From positions 1 through 55,237 of the IMG/VR virus record IMGVR_UViG_3300020201_000024: a stretch of DNA of 55,237 bases. One strand, 5' to 3'. Below the pieces are notes generated by a model, which had not been told where the DNA came from, ran no database searches, and saw only the letters and a list, made by a program, of their open reading frames with translations. Every line of letters starts with the position of its first letter. Within the stretch, counting starts at the first letter, position 1. This DNA is from a virus (taxonomy: Duplodnaviria > Caudoviricetes). This document shows positions 35,921-45,411 of this stretch, in pieces. Both the position numbers and the translations under genes were made by a program.

Positions 35921-36622
35921 ATGAATAACAATCGAATTCTTATCGTGTCTGACTTGCATTGTCCCTATGAACACGGGGATACCGTTAGGTTCCTTGCTGC
36001 CATTAAAAAGAAGTATAAACCTACGCGCATCATCCTTACAGGGGACGAAGCAGACTTTGCGGGCATCTCCTTTCATGATCACGACCCAGATATGGACTCC
36101 TCTGGTAAAGAACTTGATAAAGCAATTAAAGCCCTTCAACCGATCTACAAACTCTTTCCTACTGCCCAAGTGCTAGAGTCTAATCACGGCTCGCTAGTAC
36201 TGCGCAAAGCCCTTGCCCACGGCATGTCACGTTCATACTTCAAAGGCCCCGGAGAGATCCTTAAGGCCCCCAAAACCTGGTCATGGCATTTTGACATCGT
36301 CCTAAACCTCCCGGACGGTACGCCCTGCTACTTCCATCATAGCAAGGGGGCTAATGTTAAGAAAAACTCTCAGGCAATGGGCTCTAGCTTTGTGCAGGGG
36401 CATCACCATGAAAGCTTTGAAATTTCTTACTGGGGTAACCCTCATGCCCTACTCTTTGGTATGACCGTGGGCTGCCTGGTAGACCCGCACAGCCTAGCAA
36501 TGGCATACAATAAGAACAACCTGCGACGCCCGGTAATTGGCTGCGGTATAATCATCGATAGCATTCCTCAGCTTATCCCCATGAAATTAAACAAGAAAGG
36601 CCGCTGGAACGGTAAGGTTTGA
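35921..36622 (+). CDS. Calcineurin-like metallophosphoesterase
   Basis: SDLH.P, GDE.D, SNH, QGHHH motifs; AGGAG SD before ATG 35921. Confidence 0.85.
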   Translation: MNNNRILIVSDLHCPYEHGDTVRFLAAIKKKYKPTRIILTGDEADFAGISFHDHDPDMDSSGKELDKAIKALQPIYKLFPTAQVLESNHGSLVLRKALAHGMSRSYFKGPGEILKAPKTWSWHFDIVLNLPDGTPCYFHHSKGANVKKNSQAMGSSFVQGHHHESFEISYWGNPHALLFGMTVGCLVDPHSLAMAYNKNNLRRPVIGCGIIIDSIPQLIPMKLNKKGRWNGKV

Positions 36623-36647
36623 CTTCATAGGGCCTATCTGAGATACT
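36619..36647 (+). promoter_or_regulatory. Sigma70-like promoter (downstream mRNA probably leaderless)
   Basis: TTGACT-17 nt-GATACT, 7 nt before ATG 36655. Confidence 0.45.
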
Positions 36648-36654
36648 CTTATGC

Positions 36655-37050
36655 ATGAACCATCTAATACTGGTTTTTTTGACCGTAACAAAGCTCTACA
36701 GCCTCCCGCCTGGTCTCCAGTCCGCCCTTTGCTTTGTAGAGTCTTCCCACAATGTTAAAGCTGTTCATCACGACGATGGCAGCGCTAACAGCGTTGGAGT
36801 TTGTCAAGTACAGCTTCCCACGGCTCGTATATTGGGCTTTAAAGGAACAGAAACCGAGCTTTACCGTGTGGACACCAACGTTAATTTGTCTGGCGCTTAT
36901 ATATCTAAGCAGCTACGGCGTTATAATGGCGATGTGGTCAAAGCAATTAGTGCTTACAATATGGGCACTTACCGTGTAGGTAAAGACGGGTTTCCAAAAA
37001 ATAAGAAGTACGTTCTAAAAGTTTTAAAAGCTTGGGGAGAGGGCCGGTGA
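36655..37050 (+). CDS. Lytic transglycosylase (SLT domain)
   Basis: A...VES, G..Q....TA, AISAYN.G, YV.KV. Confidence 0.88.
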   Translation: MNHLILVFLTVTKLYSLPPGLQSALCFVESSHNVKAVHHDDGSANSVGVCQVQLPTARILGFKGTETELYRVDTNVNLSGAYISKQLRRYNGDVVKAISAYNMGTYRVGKDGFPKNKKYVLKVLKAWGEGR

Positions 37051-37388
37051 AACGCATTAATTTTAAGATTATGGGCAAAGATTGGGTTTTACGTCTTCTA
37101 AAACGTAAAGAGTATGATAAGCGACACGGCAGAGGTAGCGTAGGCATCACTCATATGCACAAGCGCCGAATTGACCTACAGCCTCAAGGAATGGACCTTG
37201 AGACCATTATTCATGAGCTTACCCATGCCTACATGGTAGAGATTTGCACCGGCAGCGTGGACCTGGACGACGAGCAGATTGAAGAAGTATTTGCGGAATT
37301 GTTTGCTAAGAGAGGCCGGGAGATGTTAGACTTGGCGGATAAGCTGCACAATACGGTTCGGGAGCTAACATCAGGTATTACGAGGTAA
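37047..37388 (+). CDS. Zincin-like metallopeptidase (HExxH)
   Basis: TIIHELTHA...EEVFAE; GTGA overlap. Confidence 0.7.
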   Translation: MKRINFKIMGKDWVLRLLKRKEYDKRHGRGSVGITHMHKRRIDLQPQGMDLETIIHELTHAYMVEICTGSVDLDDEQIEEVFAELFAKRGREMLDLADKLHNTVRELTSGITR

Positions 37389-37390
37389 CA

Positions 37391-37954
37391 ATGAAGCACA
37401 AAGAAATTGAGACTAAATACCGCGCTGATGAGATGTCTTTTACCGAGTTTGAGCAGTTCATTACTGCCCTCAAGCCGGTAAACACTATCCGCGCGTCGGG
37501 CTACGATTACTTCTACTGCTCCCCCGCCGCCCCCGCTAGCTTTGCCCGCCACAGGGTAGGCCCTGAGTTTAACCAGCTTACTTTTAAGCGTAAACTATCT
37601 GATATTAATAACTACATTCGAGACGAACACAACATCTCACTCGACACGAAAGTTAAGATTGATCAGGTCGCTGCCCTACTCAAAGAGTTTGGCTATACAC
37701 ATAACTCTACAATTTTTAAAAATGTTTTTGTATACAACTTTGATAAGTACAACTTTGTCTACTACGTGTGCTATACCCCCGAGCTTAAAGAGTTAGGGCG
37801 ATTTGTTGAGGTAGAGATGTCCGAAGAACATCCTTGGGACAACGAAGACCAGGCTTGGGCGCTCCTACGTGAGATTGAAGGCAGCCTTCGCCCTCTAGGC
37901 ATCACCCCCCAGCATCGCATGCGCAAATCTTTGTTTGAGATGTTTAAAAAGTAA
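37391..37954 (+). CDS. CYTH (triphosphate tunnel metalloenzyme / class IV adenylate cyclase-like) protein
   Basis: N-terminal EIETKY (ExExK), DYFY, ARHR, LTFK, GRFVEVE. Confidence 0.8.
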   Translation: MKHKEIETKYRADEMSFTEFEQFITALKPVNTIRASGYDYFYCSPAAPASFARHRVGPEFNQLTFKRKLSDINNYIRDEHNISLDTKVKIDQVAALLKEFGYTHNSTIFKNVFVYNFDKYNFVYYVCYTPELKELGRFVEVEMSEEHPWDNEDQAWALLREIEGSLRPLGITPQHRMRKSLFEMFKK

Positions 37955-37983
37955 TTGACTTAACCCGCCCCCCGGCATAACCT
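37955..37983 (+). promoter_or_regulatory. Sigma70-like promoter
   Basis: TTGACT-17 nt-TAACCT. Confidence 0.55.
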
Positions 37984-38000
37984 AATCACAGGAGTTACAA

Positions 38001-38561
38001 ATGATTATTGGACTAAACGGACTCATGGGAGTAGGCAAAAGCACTGCGGCTAACTTCATTACCGCCTACTCTGCCTCCCCGACTAAGCTAATCAAGTTTG
38101 CCGCCCCTCTTTACGATATCCAGGAATTTGCATACCGCAGGATTAAGTCAGTATTTAACCGCCCCGATGACTTTGTAAAAGACCGCAAGCTTCTCCAATG
38201 GCTAGGTACCGAATGGGGGCGAGGTACCATTAACGATAACATTTGGGTTGACATTTGGGAAAATGAAGTCCGGGAAGCCGTAAAGCAAGGCTTCACAGTT
38301 ATCTGTGATGATGTACGATTTGATAATGAGGCAGAGACTGTGCTCAGCTTGGGAGGTATTGTGCTTAACATCGCTTCCAGCCAATCCCTTACCCGAATCA
38401 CGACGGCCAACGGTATAGTAGCTCATGCAAGCGAAGCAGGCATTGCCTCCAACTATATCTCGCACCGGGTAGAAAACAACGGCACCGAAAAAGAGTTTGA
38501 CCACAAGCTGAGAAGCCTACTCTTTGTAGCCGGTGTAAAACTTTTGGCCCTGCCCAAATGA
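38001..38561 (+). CDS. Deoxynucleoside monophosphate kinase
   Basis: IIGLNG..G.GKST, FAAPL, R.LLQWLGTEWGR, DDVRF.NE, HASE. Confidence 0.9.
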   Translation: MIIGLNGLMGVGKSTAANFITAYSASPTKLIKFAAPLYDIQEFAYRRIKSVFNRPDDFVKDRKLLQWLGTEWGRGTINDNIWVDIWENEVREAVKQGFTVICDDVRFDNEAETVLSLGGIVLNIASSQSLTRITTANGIVAHASEAGIASNYISHRVENNGTEKEFDHKLRSLLFVAGVKLLALPK

Positions 38562-38740
38562 ACCTGCTTATTATCAGTGCAGTTTATATTGTGTGTCTTT
38601 TGATCTTGACTCTATGGACCAAATTTGTTACTTATTGTTTAGAGCCCGCGCTAAAAGATCTTATAATCTCCCTGCTACCTATTATTTTTTTGGTCCCCGC
38701 ACTCGCAGTAGTAATCATGTATCTGTCCCCTAACAACTAA
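38558..38740 (+). CDS. Small two-TM membrane protein
   Basis: 60 aa, two hydrophobic segments; ATGA overlap. Confidence 0.6.
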   Translation: MNLLIISAVYIVCLLILTLWTKFVTYCLEPALKDLIISLLPIIFLVPALAVVIMYLSPNN

Positions 38741-38749
38741 GGAGCTAAA

Positions 38750-39280
38750 ATGGCATTTCAAGCATTGTTTGACGCAAGCAACGGTACCCCCTTTAAATTC
38801 GAAAATATTGGCGATAGCCTTGAGGCTTATTACATGGGTAGCTTTGACTATGAAGGCGATTACGGCCCGACTAAAAAGCACGTTTTTAAGACTGAGACCG
38901 ACGACGCGGTTGTGGTCTTTGGGCAACGCAGCCTTATGCAGCTTCTCCCTTCAGCCACGGTTGGGGCAATGCTTCGGGTTACCCTCACCGGCTCTAAGCC
39001 CGCGGCTAAGAAGGGGCAGCAACCTATGAAGCTCTATAAGATCGAGCAGGACATTAAAAACACTACTCACGTTGCAGGCGTTAAGACCGACGCGGACACG
39101 ACCGCCGCGGAATATGTTAATCCGTCGGACGAAGACGCGGAAAATGCAGACGGCCCGGCAGATGAGCCACAACTTCCCCCGGCGCGCGCCCCCCAAGCGG
39201 CGGCGGGTAAGCTACCCTCTCAGGCTGCTCAAGATAAGGTTCGGGAGCTTCTGAACAGAGGTAAGGTTCGTAGCGCATAA
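38750..39280 (+). CDS. Probable single-stranded DNA-binding protein (OB-fold-like)
   Basis: Beta-rich N-terminal domain plus acidic/proline-rich tail; upstream of the primase; AAGGAG SD. Confidence 0.55.
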   Translation: MAFQALFDASNGTPFKFENIGDSLEAYYMGSFDYEGDYGPTKKHVFKTETDDAVVVFGQRSLMQLLPSATVGAMLRVTLTGSKPAAKKGQQPMKLYKIEQDIKNTTHVAGVKTDADTTAAEYVNPSDEDAENADGPADEPQLPPARAPQAAAGKLPSQAAQDKVRELLNRGKVRSA

Positions 39281-39291
39281 TACATGTACAT

Positions 39292-39367
39292 TGGGGGGTA
39301 GCTTAATTGGTAAAGCTATCCGCTGTTAACGGATAAGATATTGGTTCGAATCCAATCCCCCCAGCCA
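39292..39367 (+). tRNA. tRNA-Asn (GTT)
   Basis: Acceptor stem TGGGGGG/CCCCCCA plus GCCA end; D-arm GCTT..AAGC; anticodon arm ATCCG-CTGTTAA-CGGAT; T-arm ATTGG-TTCGAAT-CCAAT. Confidence 0.92.
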
Positions 39368-39382
39368 CATTTTAGGAGACCT

Positions 39383-41215
39383 ATGCAGAAGCAGCTTGCT
39401 CGTCTCATCCTTGCCAAATGGGTACAAGACCCTGGTAAGCGTCCGGTTTTAGAAGCGGAGTATACCTCTGAGCAGTTAGAGGCTTATAACTCAGAAGGCT
39501 ACAACTGTTACTACCTGCCAAACTGCCCCGCAGAGTACCTCCCCGGTAAGCCCGTAGACGGCTCTATGGTAGACAAATTCAACTATGTATTTGTGGATTT
39601 TGATTTAAAATCTAATACTTACGCCACTAAAGAGGACTTCATTGCGTCCCTTTCTGTTTTTTCCTTGGAACCTAGCCGCATCACAGATAGCGGAGGCGGC
39701 GTGCACGCCTATTGGGCAGTATCCGACCTAGACGCAATGAGCTACCTCCGCCTTTCCAGGCGCCTTATGCGCCTGCTAAAGACCGACGAAGCTGTGGGCC
39801 AAATCTACCAGCTTATGCGCCTCCCCGGCACGGTAAACGTAAAGCAGGAGGACGATCCCCGACTTTGCGAAATACTTTTGGACACCGACACCCGGTATAC
39901 TTGCGAAGAAATCGACGCCGCGTTACCTCCTATCTCTCAGGCGGACGAAGCGCATTGTAAGCAGCATTATGAAAAGACTTACCGCTTAAAATCCGAGGTT
40001 AAAGTAGATACCAATATCCCTCTTAAATTTTCGCAGCTTATAGCTTCTAGCAGAGAGGCTAAGGACATTTGGTCGGGAAACGTAGAGGACAGGAGCAAAG
40101 GAGATTACCGCCTAGCTCATATTATGTTTGCCCACAGCTTTACGCGAAAAGAAGCTATCTCTGTCCTAGTCAATAGCTCTAAAGCCCTCAATAGAGCCCC
40201 GCAACATCAAGTCTCTTACGCGGAAAATATTGTAGATAAAATTTGGACTTTTGAAGTTAATACCGACAAAACCGCCCTTAACCTATCGAGCAGCGTCAGA
40301 AACATTCTTTCTAAAGGAGGGGACACCCTCAAAGGTACCCGCTTCCCCTGCTGGCGGTACCTTGATGCTACCGAAAACGGCTTTCGACTAGGTCAAGTCA
40401 TTGGCCTAGTAGCAGGCTCAGGCGTAGGAAAGACTGCCGTAGCCCTTAACATGTTTCTAGGATTTGTCCAAAACAATCCCGACTATGATCATTTTTTTGT
40501 GCCTTTAGAGCAGCCCGTGGAAGAGATTGCAGACCGTTGGCGGCTTATGTGCGGAACTAACACCGCGTTGCACGATAAGGTACACGTAATCAGTAACTAC
40601 GCCGAAGACGGTTCCTATAGAAACTTGAGTTTTGATCAAATTAGGGATTATATCTTACAATTTCAAAAGACCACAGGCAGAAAAGCCGGATGTGTTGTAA
40701 TTGACCACATCGGCGCCCTGAATAAGAAAGGCGCCAAGGGCGAAAATCAGGACCTAATGAACATCTGCCACACCATGAAAGCCTTTGCAATATCCACTAA
40801 TACCCTCCTTATCATGCAGAGTCAAGCCCCCAGAGAGAAAGCAGGTATCGGAGACCTAGAACTATCCAAGGATGCCGCGTATGGCACGGTTTTCTTTGAG
40901 TCATATTGTGATTTTTTAATGGCCATCTGGCAGCCCCTCAAGCGGTGCTATTCTGAAACCGGATGCCTCACGGTTACGGCTTTTAAACTTTGTAAAATTC
41001 GCCATAAAAATCAATTACTAGATAAGATCCAAGAGGACGTTTGCTATAAGCTCTTTTTTGATCCCACGACCGGACACTTACAAGAGATGAGCCAGGCGGA
41101 TGACGAAAGCTTTAAGTTTTGGCTTGCTAAGTCTACCAATATGCGTAAACTCGATAGGAAGACCGACCTAATCCCGTACCAGTCAACCGATTGGAGTAAG
41201 AAGGAGACCGCGTGA
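39383..41215 (+). CDS. Primase-helicase: RepB-like (AEP-type) primase fused to DnaB-like helicase
   Basis: FVDFD, DSGGGVHAYW, MRLPGTVN; GSGVGKT Walker A, VVIDH, QSQ; start re-called after the tRNA (AGGAG). Confidence 0.85.
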   Translation: MQKQLARLILAKWVQDPGKRPVLEAEYTSEQLEAYNSEGYNCYYLPNCPAEYLPGKPVDGSMVDKFNYVFVDFDLKSNTYATKEDFIASLSVFSLEPSRITDSGGGVHAYWAVSDLDAMSYLRLSRRLMRLLKTDEAVGQIYQLMRLPGTVNVKQEDDPRLCEILLDTDTRYTCEEIDAALPPISQADEAHCKQHYEKTYRLKSEVKVDTNIPLKFSQLIASSREAKDIWSGNVEDRSKGDYRLAHIMFAHSFTRKEAISVLVNSSKALNRAPQHQVSYAENIVDKIWTFEVNTDKTALNLSSSVRNILSKGGDTLKGTRFPCWRYLDATENGFRLGQVIGLVAGSGVGKTAVALNMFLGFVQNNPDYDHFFVPLEQPVEEIADRWRLMCGTNTALHDKVHVISNYAEDGSYRNLSFDQIRDYILQFQKTTGRKAGCVVIDHIGALNKKGAKGENQDLMNICHTMKAFAISTNTLLIMQSQAPREKAGIGDLELSKDAAYGTVFFESYCDFLMAIWQPLKRCYSETGCLTVTAFKLCKIRHKNQLLDKIQEDVCYKLFFDPTTGHLQEMSQADDESFKFWLAKSTNMRKLDRKTDLIPYQSTDWSKKETA

Positions 41216-41427
41216 CCGGCACTGTAAGATGGTTTAACGATAGTAAAGGTTATGGTTTTATTACTTTACCCGACGGGCGCGAAGCTTTTTTGCACTACAG
41301 CCACATTAAAAAAAAGGGTTATAAAACCCTCGCTAGCGGAGACAAGGTAAAGTTTGACCTTTATGAGGCAGGCACTCACAGAGGCTGTATGGAGTATGAA
41401 GCCCACAGCGTAACAAAGGCGGAATAA
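41212..41427 (+). CDS. csp: Cold-shock domain protein
   Basis: TGTVRWFNDSKGYGFI...FLHYSHI...GYKTL..G.KV.F. Confidence 0.95.
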   Translation: MTGTVRWFNDSKGYGFITLPDGREAFLHYSHIKKKGYKTLASGDKVKFDLYEAGTHRGCMEYEAHSVTKAE

Positions 41428-43571
41428 TGGCTGAACGTCTAGAAGTAATCAAGACTAAAGCGGGCGTAGAAGACCTTAAGGCTTATCTAGCCGATAAGGA
41501 GGTTATCGCCTTTGACACTGAAACCACGGGCGTAGAAAAAGACTCTGAAATCATAGGATTCAGCGTTTGCGCCGACCTCGAACTAGCTTACTACGTTGTT
41601 TTGAGTTATTGGGATATAACCGAACAAAGGCTAGTGTACCTAGAAACTCGGGAGACGGCTAAGGGCTTGCTCGATAGCCTCAAAGGTAAGCAGCTAGTCG
41701 CCCACAACGCTGTGTTTGATTGTTCCATGATCCACAACAGCTACGGCGTGGACCTCATGCCCTCCATCTACGTAGACACTATGATCCTCGCGCATCTCCT
41801 TAACGAAAACCGCCGGGTAGGTCTTAAAGACCTGGGGGTATCTATCTTTGGAGAGGATGCCGACGCCGAACAGCGATTAATGAAAGAAAGCGTCACCAAA
41901 AACGGTGGCGTAATGACTAAAGAGTGTTATGAGCTATACAAAGGCGACGCCGACCTAATCGCCCGGTACGGTGCCAAGGACACTATCCTCACCCTTAAGC
42001 TCCTCTATCACCTTCTGCCGGACCTATACGAGCAGGGCTTAGATAAATTTTTCTTTGATGACGAGTCTATGCCCCTGCTTAGAGGCCCCACATACGACTT
42101 GAACACTGCCGGTCTTAAGGTAAATGTAGAGCAATTACAGCGACTTTCAACGGACGTTGAAACCGAGTGTTTAGAGGATAAGGCTTACATCTACAAAGAA
42201 ATTGCCGGGTACGTTAAAGACAAGTACCCCGGAACCTCCAAAGCCAACACCTTTAATATAGGCGCAGGGCAGCAATTATCTTGGCTTTTGTTTATTAAGC
42301 TTAAGGAACCCTTTGGTACCCTCACAGACGGCGGTAAGGAGTTATGCCACGCCCTAGGCATCAAAATACCGTACACCAACCCCGCACGTAAAGACTTTAT
42401 ATCCCGAGTTACCGAACTAAAAGGTAAAGAATGGGCCAAAGCCGCCTACAACTCAAAAACTAAAAAAATGGGCCGACCTAAAAAAGTAGGAGACCCCTGG
42501 CAGTACATGAGTTGCGGTAAAGTCTCAATGGCGGTGGCGGCTATGAGATACAAATGGGTTGCCCGCCTTTTGAAGTATAGAAGTAACGAGAAGCTGCGCA
42601 GCACGTACATAGTGGGCATCCAGTCCCGCATGAAGTACGGCATCATTCGCCCCTCCTTTCTACAGCACGGGACAACGTCCGGCAGGTACTCTAGCCGCAA
42701 CCCTAACTTTCAAAACCTTCCAAGAGACGACAAGCGCGTCAAAGCTTGTATCATCGCTAGGCCGGGTAAGGTTTTTGTAGGCGCGGACCAATCACAACTA
42801 GAGCCCCGCGTATTTGCTAGCTTATCGGGAGACGAGACGCTCATGGGCTCATTTGCCAAAGGGGAAGATTTCTACTCCGTAGTAGGATCGCCGGTATTTG
42901 GCATCCACGACGCCACACTAGTCAAAGACGGCTCGCCTAACTCCTTCCCCGTCAAATATCAAAAGCTGCGTGACTTATCCAAGGTTATTGCCCTGGCCAC
43001 GCCCTACGGCACCTTAGCCCCGCAAATGTCTAGCGAGCTAGCCCTCAAGGCCGGTATCATCAAGTCTAAGGACGAATGTCAAGACATTATCAATACCTAC
43101 TTTGAGACCTACCCCAAAGTTTATAAGCTAATGCTAGACGCCCACGCCCAAGCCAAAGAACACGGCGTGGTCTATAACCTCTTTGGACGCCCAAGGCGCA
43201 TTCCAGAAGCTAAGTTGATAGCAGGGGCCTATGGAAAAAACACCGCGCATAGCGACCTTCCCAGGGCTGCTCGTACTCTATTAAACCTTGCCATGAATCA
43301 CCGCGTACAGTCTACGGGAGCGTCTATTATGAACAGAGCCGCCATTGCGCTACGCGCTACGATAGACCAACTAATGATTGAAGATAAGAGATGGACAGAA
43401 GTTAAGATTGTGCTGCAAGTCCACGATGAGCTTGTGTTAGAAGGGCCAGAAGCCCTTGCCCTCGATATGAGCACGATATTGGGGCACTGCATGGAGACTA
43501 CGGTGACGCTTCCGGGGGTAGCCCTCAAAGCTGAGCCTAAAATTGCCTATAATCTCGCGGACTTAAAATAA
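41427..43571 (+). CDS. polA: DNA polymerase family A with 3'-5' exonuclease
   Basis: FDTETTG, HNAVFD, YGAKD exonuclease motifs; TSGRYSS..PNFQNLP, ADQSQLE.R, K.....T.YG, LQVHDEL. Confidence 0.95.
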   Translation: MAERLEVIKTKAGVEDLKAYLADKEVIAFDTETTGVEKDSEIIGFSVCADLELAYYVVLSYWDITEQRLVYLETRETAKGLLDSLKGKQLVAHNAVFDCSMIHNSYGVDLMPSIYVDTMILAHLLNENRRVGLKDLGVSIFGEDADAEQRLMKESVTKNGGVMTKECYELYKGDADLIARYGAKDTILTLKLLYHLLPDLYEQGLDKFFFDDESMPLLRGPTYDLNTAGLKVNVEQLQRLSTDVETECLEDKAYIYKEIAGYVKDKYPGTSKANTFNIGAGQQLSWLLFIKLKEPFGTLTDGGKELCHALGIKIPYTNPARKDFISRVTELKGKEWAKAAYNSKTKKMGRPKKVGDPWQYMSCGKVSMAVAAMRYKWVARLLKYRSNEKLRSTYIVGIQSRMKYGIIRPSFLQHGTTSGRYSSRNPNFQNLPRDDKRVKACIIARPGKVFVGADQSQLEPRVFASLSGDETLMGSFAKGEDFYSVVGSPVFGIHDATLVKDGSPNSFPVKYQKLRDLSKVIALATPYGTLAPQMSSELALKAGIIKSKDECQDIINTYFETYPKVYKLMLDAHAQAKEHGVVYNLFGRPRRIPEAKLIAGAYGKNTAHSDLPRAARTLLNLAMNHRVQSTGASIMNRAAIALRATIDQLMIEDKRWTEVKIVLQVHDELVLEGPEALALDMSTILGHCMETTVTLPGVALKAEPKIAYNLADLK

Positions 43572-43572
43572 G

Positions 43573-43601
43573 TTGACTATTTTAGTCGTTTGGAATAATC
43601 T
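43573..43601 (+). promoter_or_regulatory. Sigma70-like promoter
   Basis: TTGACT-17 nt-TAATCT. Confidence 0.6.
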
Positions 43602-43753
43602 AGCTACGTGGTGCTATCAGGTTGACCCTGATAAACACATTAGCCTAATAACGAAAGCTATTTACAGCACAAAAACCGCCGTATACGCGGTAGCGTATTA
43701 AATGTTGCTTATACGCACTTGCGTATAGCCTCTAAACAAATCAAGGAAACCAG

Positions 43754-44245
43754 ATGAAAAAAATCACTGAAATTGAGTTGAAGGAAATCCTAGCTAAGCA
43801 TTTGGAATGGTTTAATACTGGCAAGGGGGAACGTGCAAACCTTAGCAATACGGATCTAAGCTATGCGGACCTTAGCGGTGCGAACCTCCGTAAAGCGAAC
43901 CTCTGCGGTGCGGGGCTTTGTGGTGCAAAACTCAGCTTTGCGGACCTTTGCGGCGCAAACCTAAGCGGAGCGAACCTCTGCCAGGCGGATCTAAGCAATG
44001 CGGGCCTAGCCTTTGCGTACCTAATCGACGCAAACCTAAGCTTTGCGAACCTCAGCGGCGCAAACCTCCGCCGTGCGGACCTAAGCTTTGCGGACCTCTA
44101 CGGTGCGAACCTCCGCCGTGCGGATTTAAGCAACGCGCACATACACGACGCGGACCTCAGTAAGGCGGACCTAGGCGGTGCGGACCCCTACAGCGCATAT
44201 ATGTACGGCGCAAAGCTTCCTATCAAACTTAAGGGGACCAAATGA
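43754..44245 (+). CDS. Pentapeptide repeat protein 2
   Basis: A[DN]Lxx repeats; head nearly identical to the 29211 gene. Confidence 0.92.
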   Translation: MKKITEIELKEILAKHLEWFNTGKGERANLSNTDLSYADLSGANLRKANLCGAGLCGAKLSFADLCGANLSGANLCQADLSNAGLAFAYLIDANLSFANLSGANLRRADLSFADLYGANLRRADLSNAHIHDADLSKADLGGADPYSAYMYGAKLPIKLKGTK

Positions 44246-44330
44246 AAACTATTTACGTTACTAAGATTACCGTAGAATCTTATAACCAATTTGTTAGTAT
44301 GGGATACACCATAATTTTTGTGAGTAGCAA

Positions 44331-44591
44331 ATGGATGTCATAATTAAACTTTTTCCTATTCTAGCCGTGCTTTATTTAGCGCGCGCAATAAGAAAAATTA
44401 ACAGGCAAGTGCTTAAAACTCCAGACCAGCTAGCGGCTGATGTGCGACGGCGCGTCCTGCGGCGTCAAATAACCGCCCGCCGCACCCCCAGACTATGCGC
44501 AAAACACTCTACACGCCTCCAAACGGGAAGCATGGCCATACTGGATAGCAAAAAATGCGAAGAGTGTAATAAACCCCCTAGAACTGTATAA
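44331..44591 (+). CDS. Hypothetical protein (N-terminal hydrophobic segment, C-terminal Cys/His motif)
   Basis: CAKH...CEEC. Confidence 0.55.
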   Translation: MDVIIKLFPILAVLYLARAIRKINRQVLKTPDQLAADVRRRVLRRQITARRTPRLCAKHSTRLQTGSMAILDSKKCEECNKPPRTV

Positions 44592-44717
44592 TTTTAGTAC
44601 AGCAGCCTAAACTTTTTTCTTTATTAAAATCAAATACTTATCTTTAAATAGCTTATTCTTATCTAAAAACAAAGATTAAAAAGAGACACAAAAAAACTAT
44701 TGTGTCATGCTTTGTTT

Positions 44718-45071
44718 ATGAAAAACGTCTTTAATAAAATCAAACGCTTATATAAACAACTAGCAGGACGGCTACCTAGCCCCCTACCTGTAGGTATTAA
44801 CGAATTTAACGCCTGGTGCGACGATATCAAGGCCACGTATGATTTGCCTACACAGTCGGACGATGATATTCGTTTTACTTGTGCGGCAGTTATTATGCGT
44901 TTTAACGAGATTGCAGATGCTAAGCCTAAGTATTTCTTTGTAAGGGCGATGCGCTCAGGGGCCGCTAAGCAAATTGCGGGCTACGCCTTTGGTGAGGTCA
45001 AGAACAGACAACAGGCCGCGTACAAAGCCGCCCAAGAGGCTGCAAATGTCCCTCAAACCTCTGAAGCTTAA
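44718..45071 (+). CDS. Hypothetical protein
   Basis: ORF after an AT-rich gap. Confidence 0.65.
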   Translation: MKNVFNKIKRLYKQLAGRLPSPLPVGINEFNAWCDDIKATYDLPTQSDDDIRFTCAAVIMRFNEIADAKPKYFFVRAMRSGAAKQIAGYAFGEVKNRQQAAYKAAQEAANVPQTSEA

Positions 45072-45411
45072 GAAGCTGCAAGCCCTCTGGGACCGAAAAC
45101 TTAAAAAATCCGGGTTTGAAGACGCAGAGGACAATACGGGTAAGCTTAAGAGTTACCATAGCTTAGAGTTTTTTAATTCAGGTCTACGGCATCCCGATTA
45201 TCAAGAGGGTAAAGCTGAGTACTACAGAGCCGCAGGACATTTTTTACATTCTTATAAGTTTGCGGACAAAGAAGAGGAGCATCTATGGCAAATGCACTGC
45301 GAGGGGCAGAGTCTCAAACACTACAGAAGCAAGAAATATACCTGCTCAAACATAATTTACCGGGCGATTCGTCGCCTAGCCAAAGAAATGAAAGCATCGT
45401 GGAAGACGTAA
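45046..45411 (+). CDS. Hypothetical protein with possible sigma region 4/LuxR-like C-terminal HTH
   Basis: EHLWQMHCEGQSL....IIYRAIRRL resembles a region-4 helix-turn-helix; GAGG SD. Confidence 0.45.
   Translation: MSLKPLKLKKLQALWDRKLKKSGFEDAEDNTGKLKSYHSLEFFNSGLRHPDYQEGKAEYYRAAGHFLHSYKFADKEEEHLWQMHCEGQSLKHYRSKKYTCSNIIYRAIRRLAKEMKASWKT

Noticed and set aside
39341-39382. N-terminal extension of the primase-helicase in the ORF track
   Set aside because: It overlaps the tRNA-Asn; an SD (AGGAG) supports ATG 39383.
41427-43571. Modified-base (e.g. 2-aminoadenine) replication system
   Set aside because: No PurZ, queuosine-pathway or other base-modification genes were recognised.
44592-44717. Replication origin in the AT-rich gap
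   Set aside because: AT-rich, but no iterons or other supporting structure were seen; could simply be a promoter region.
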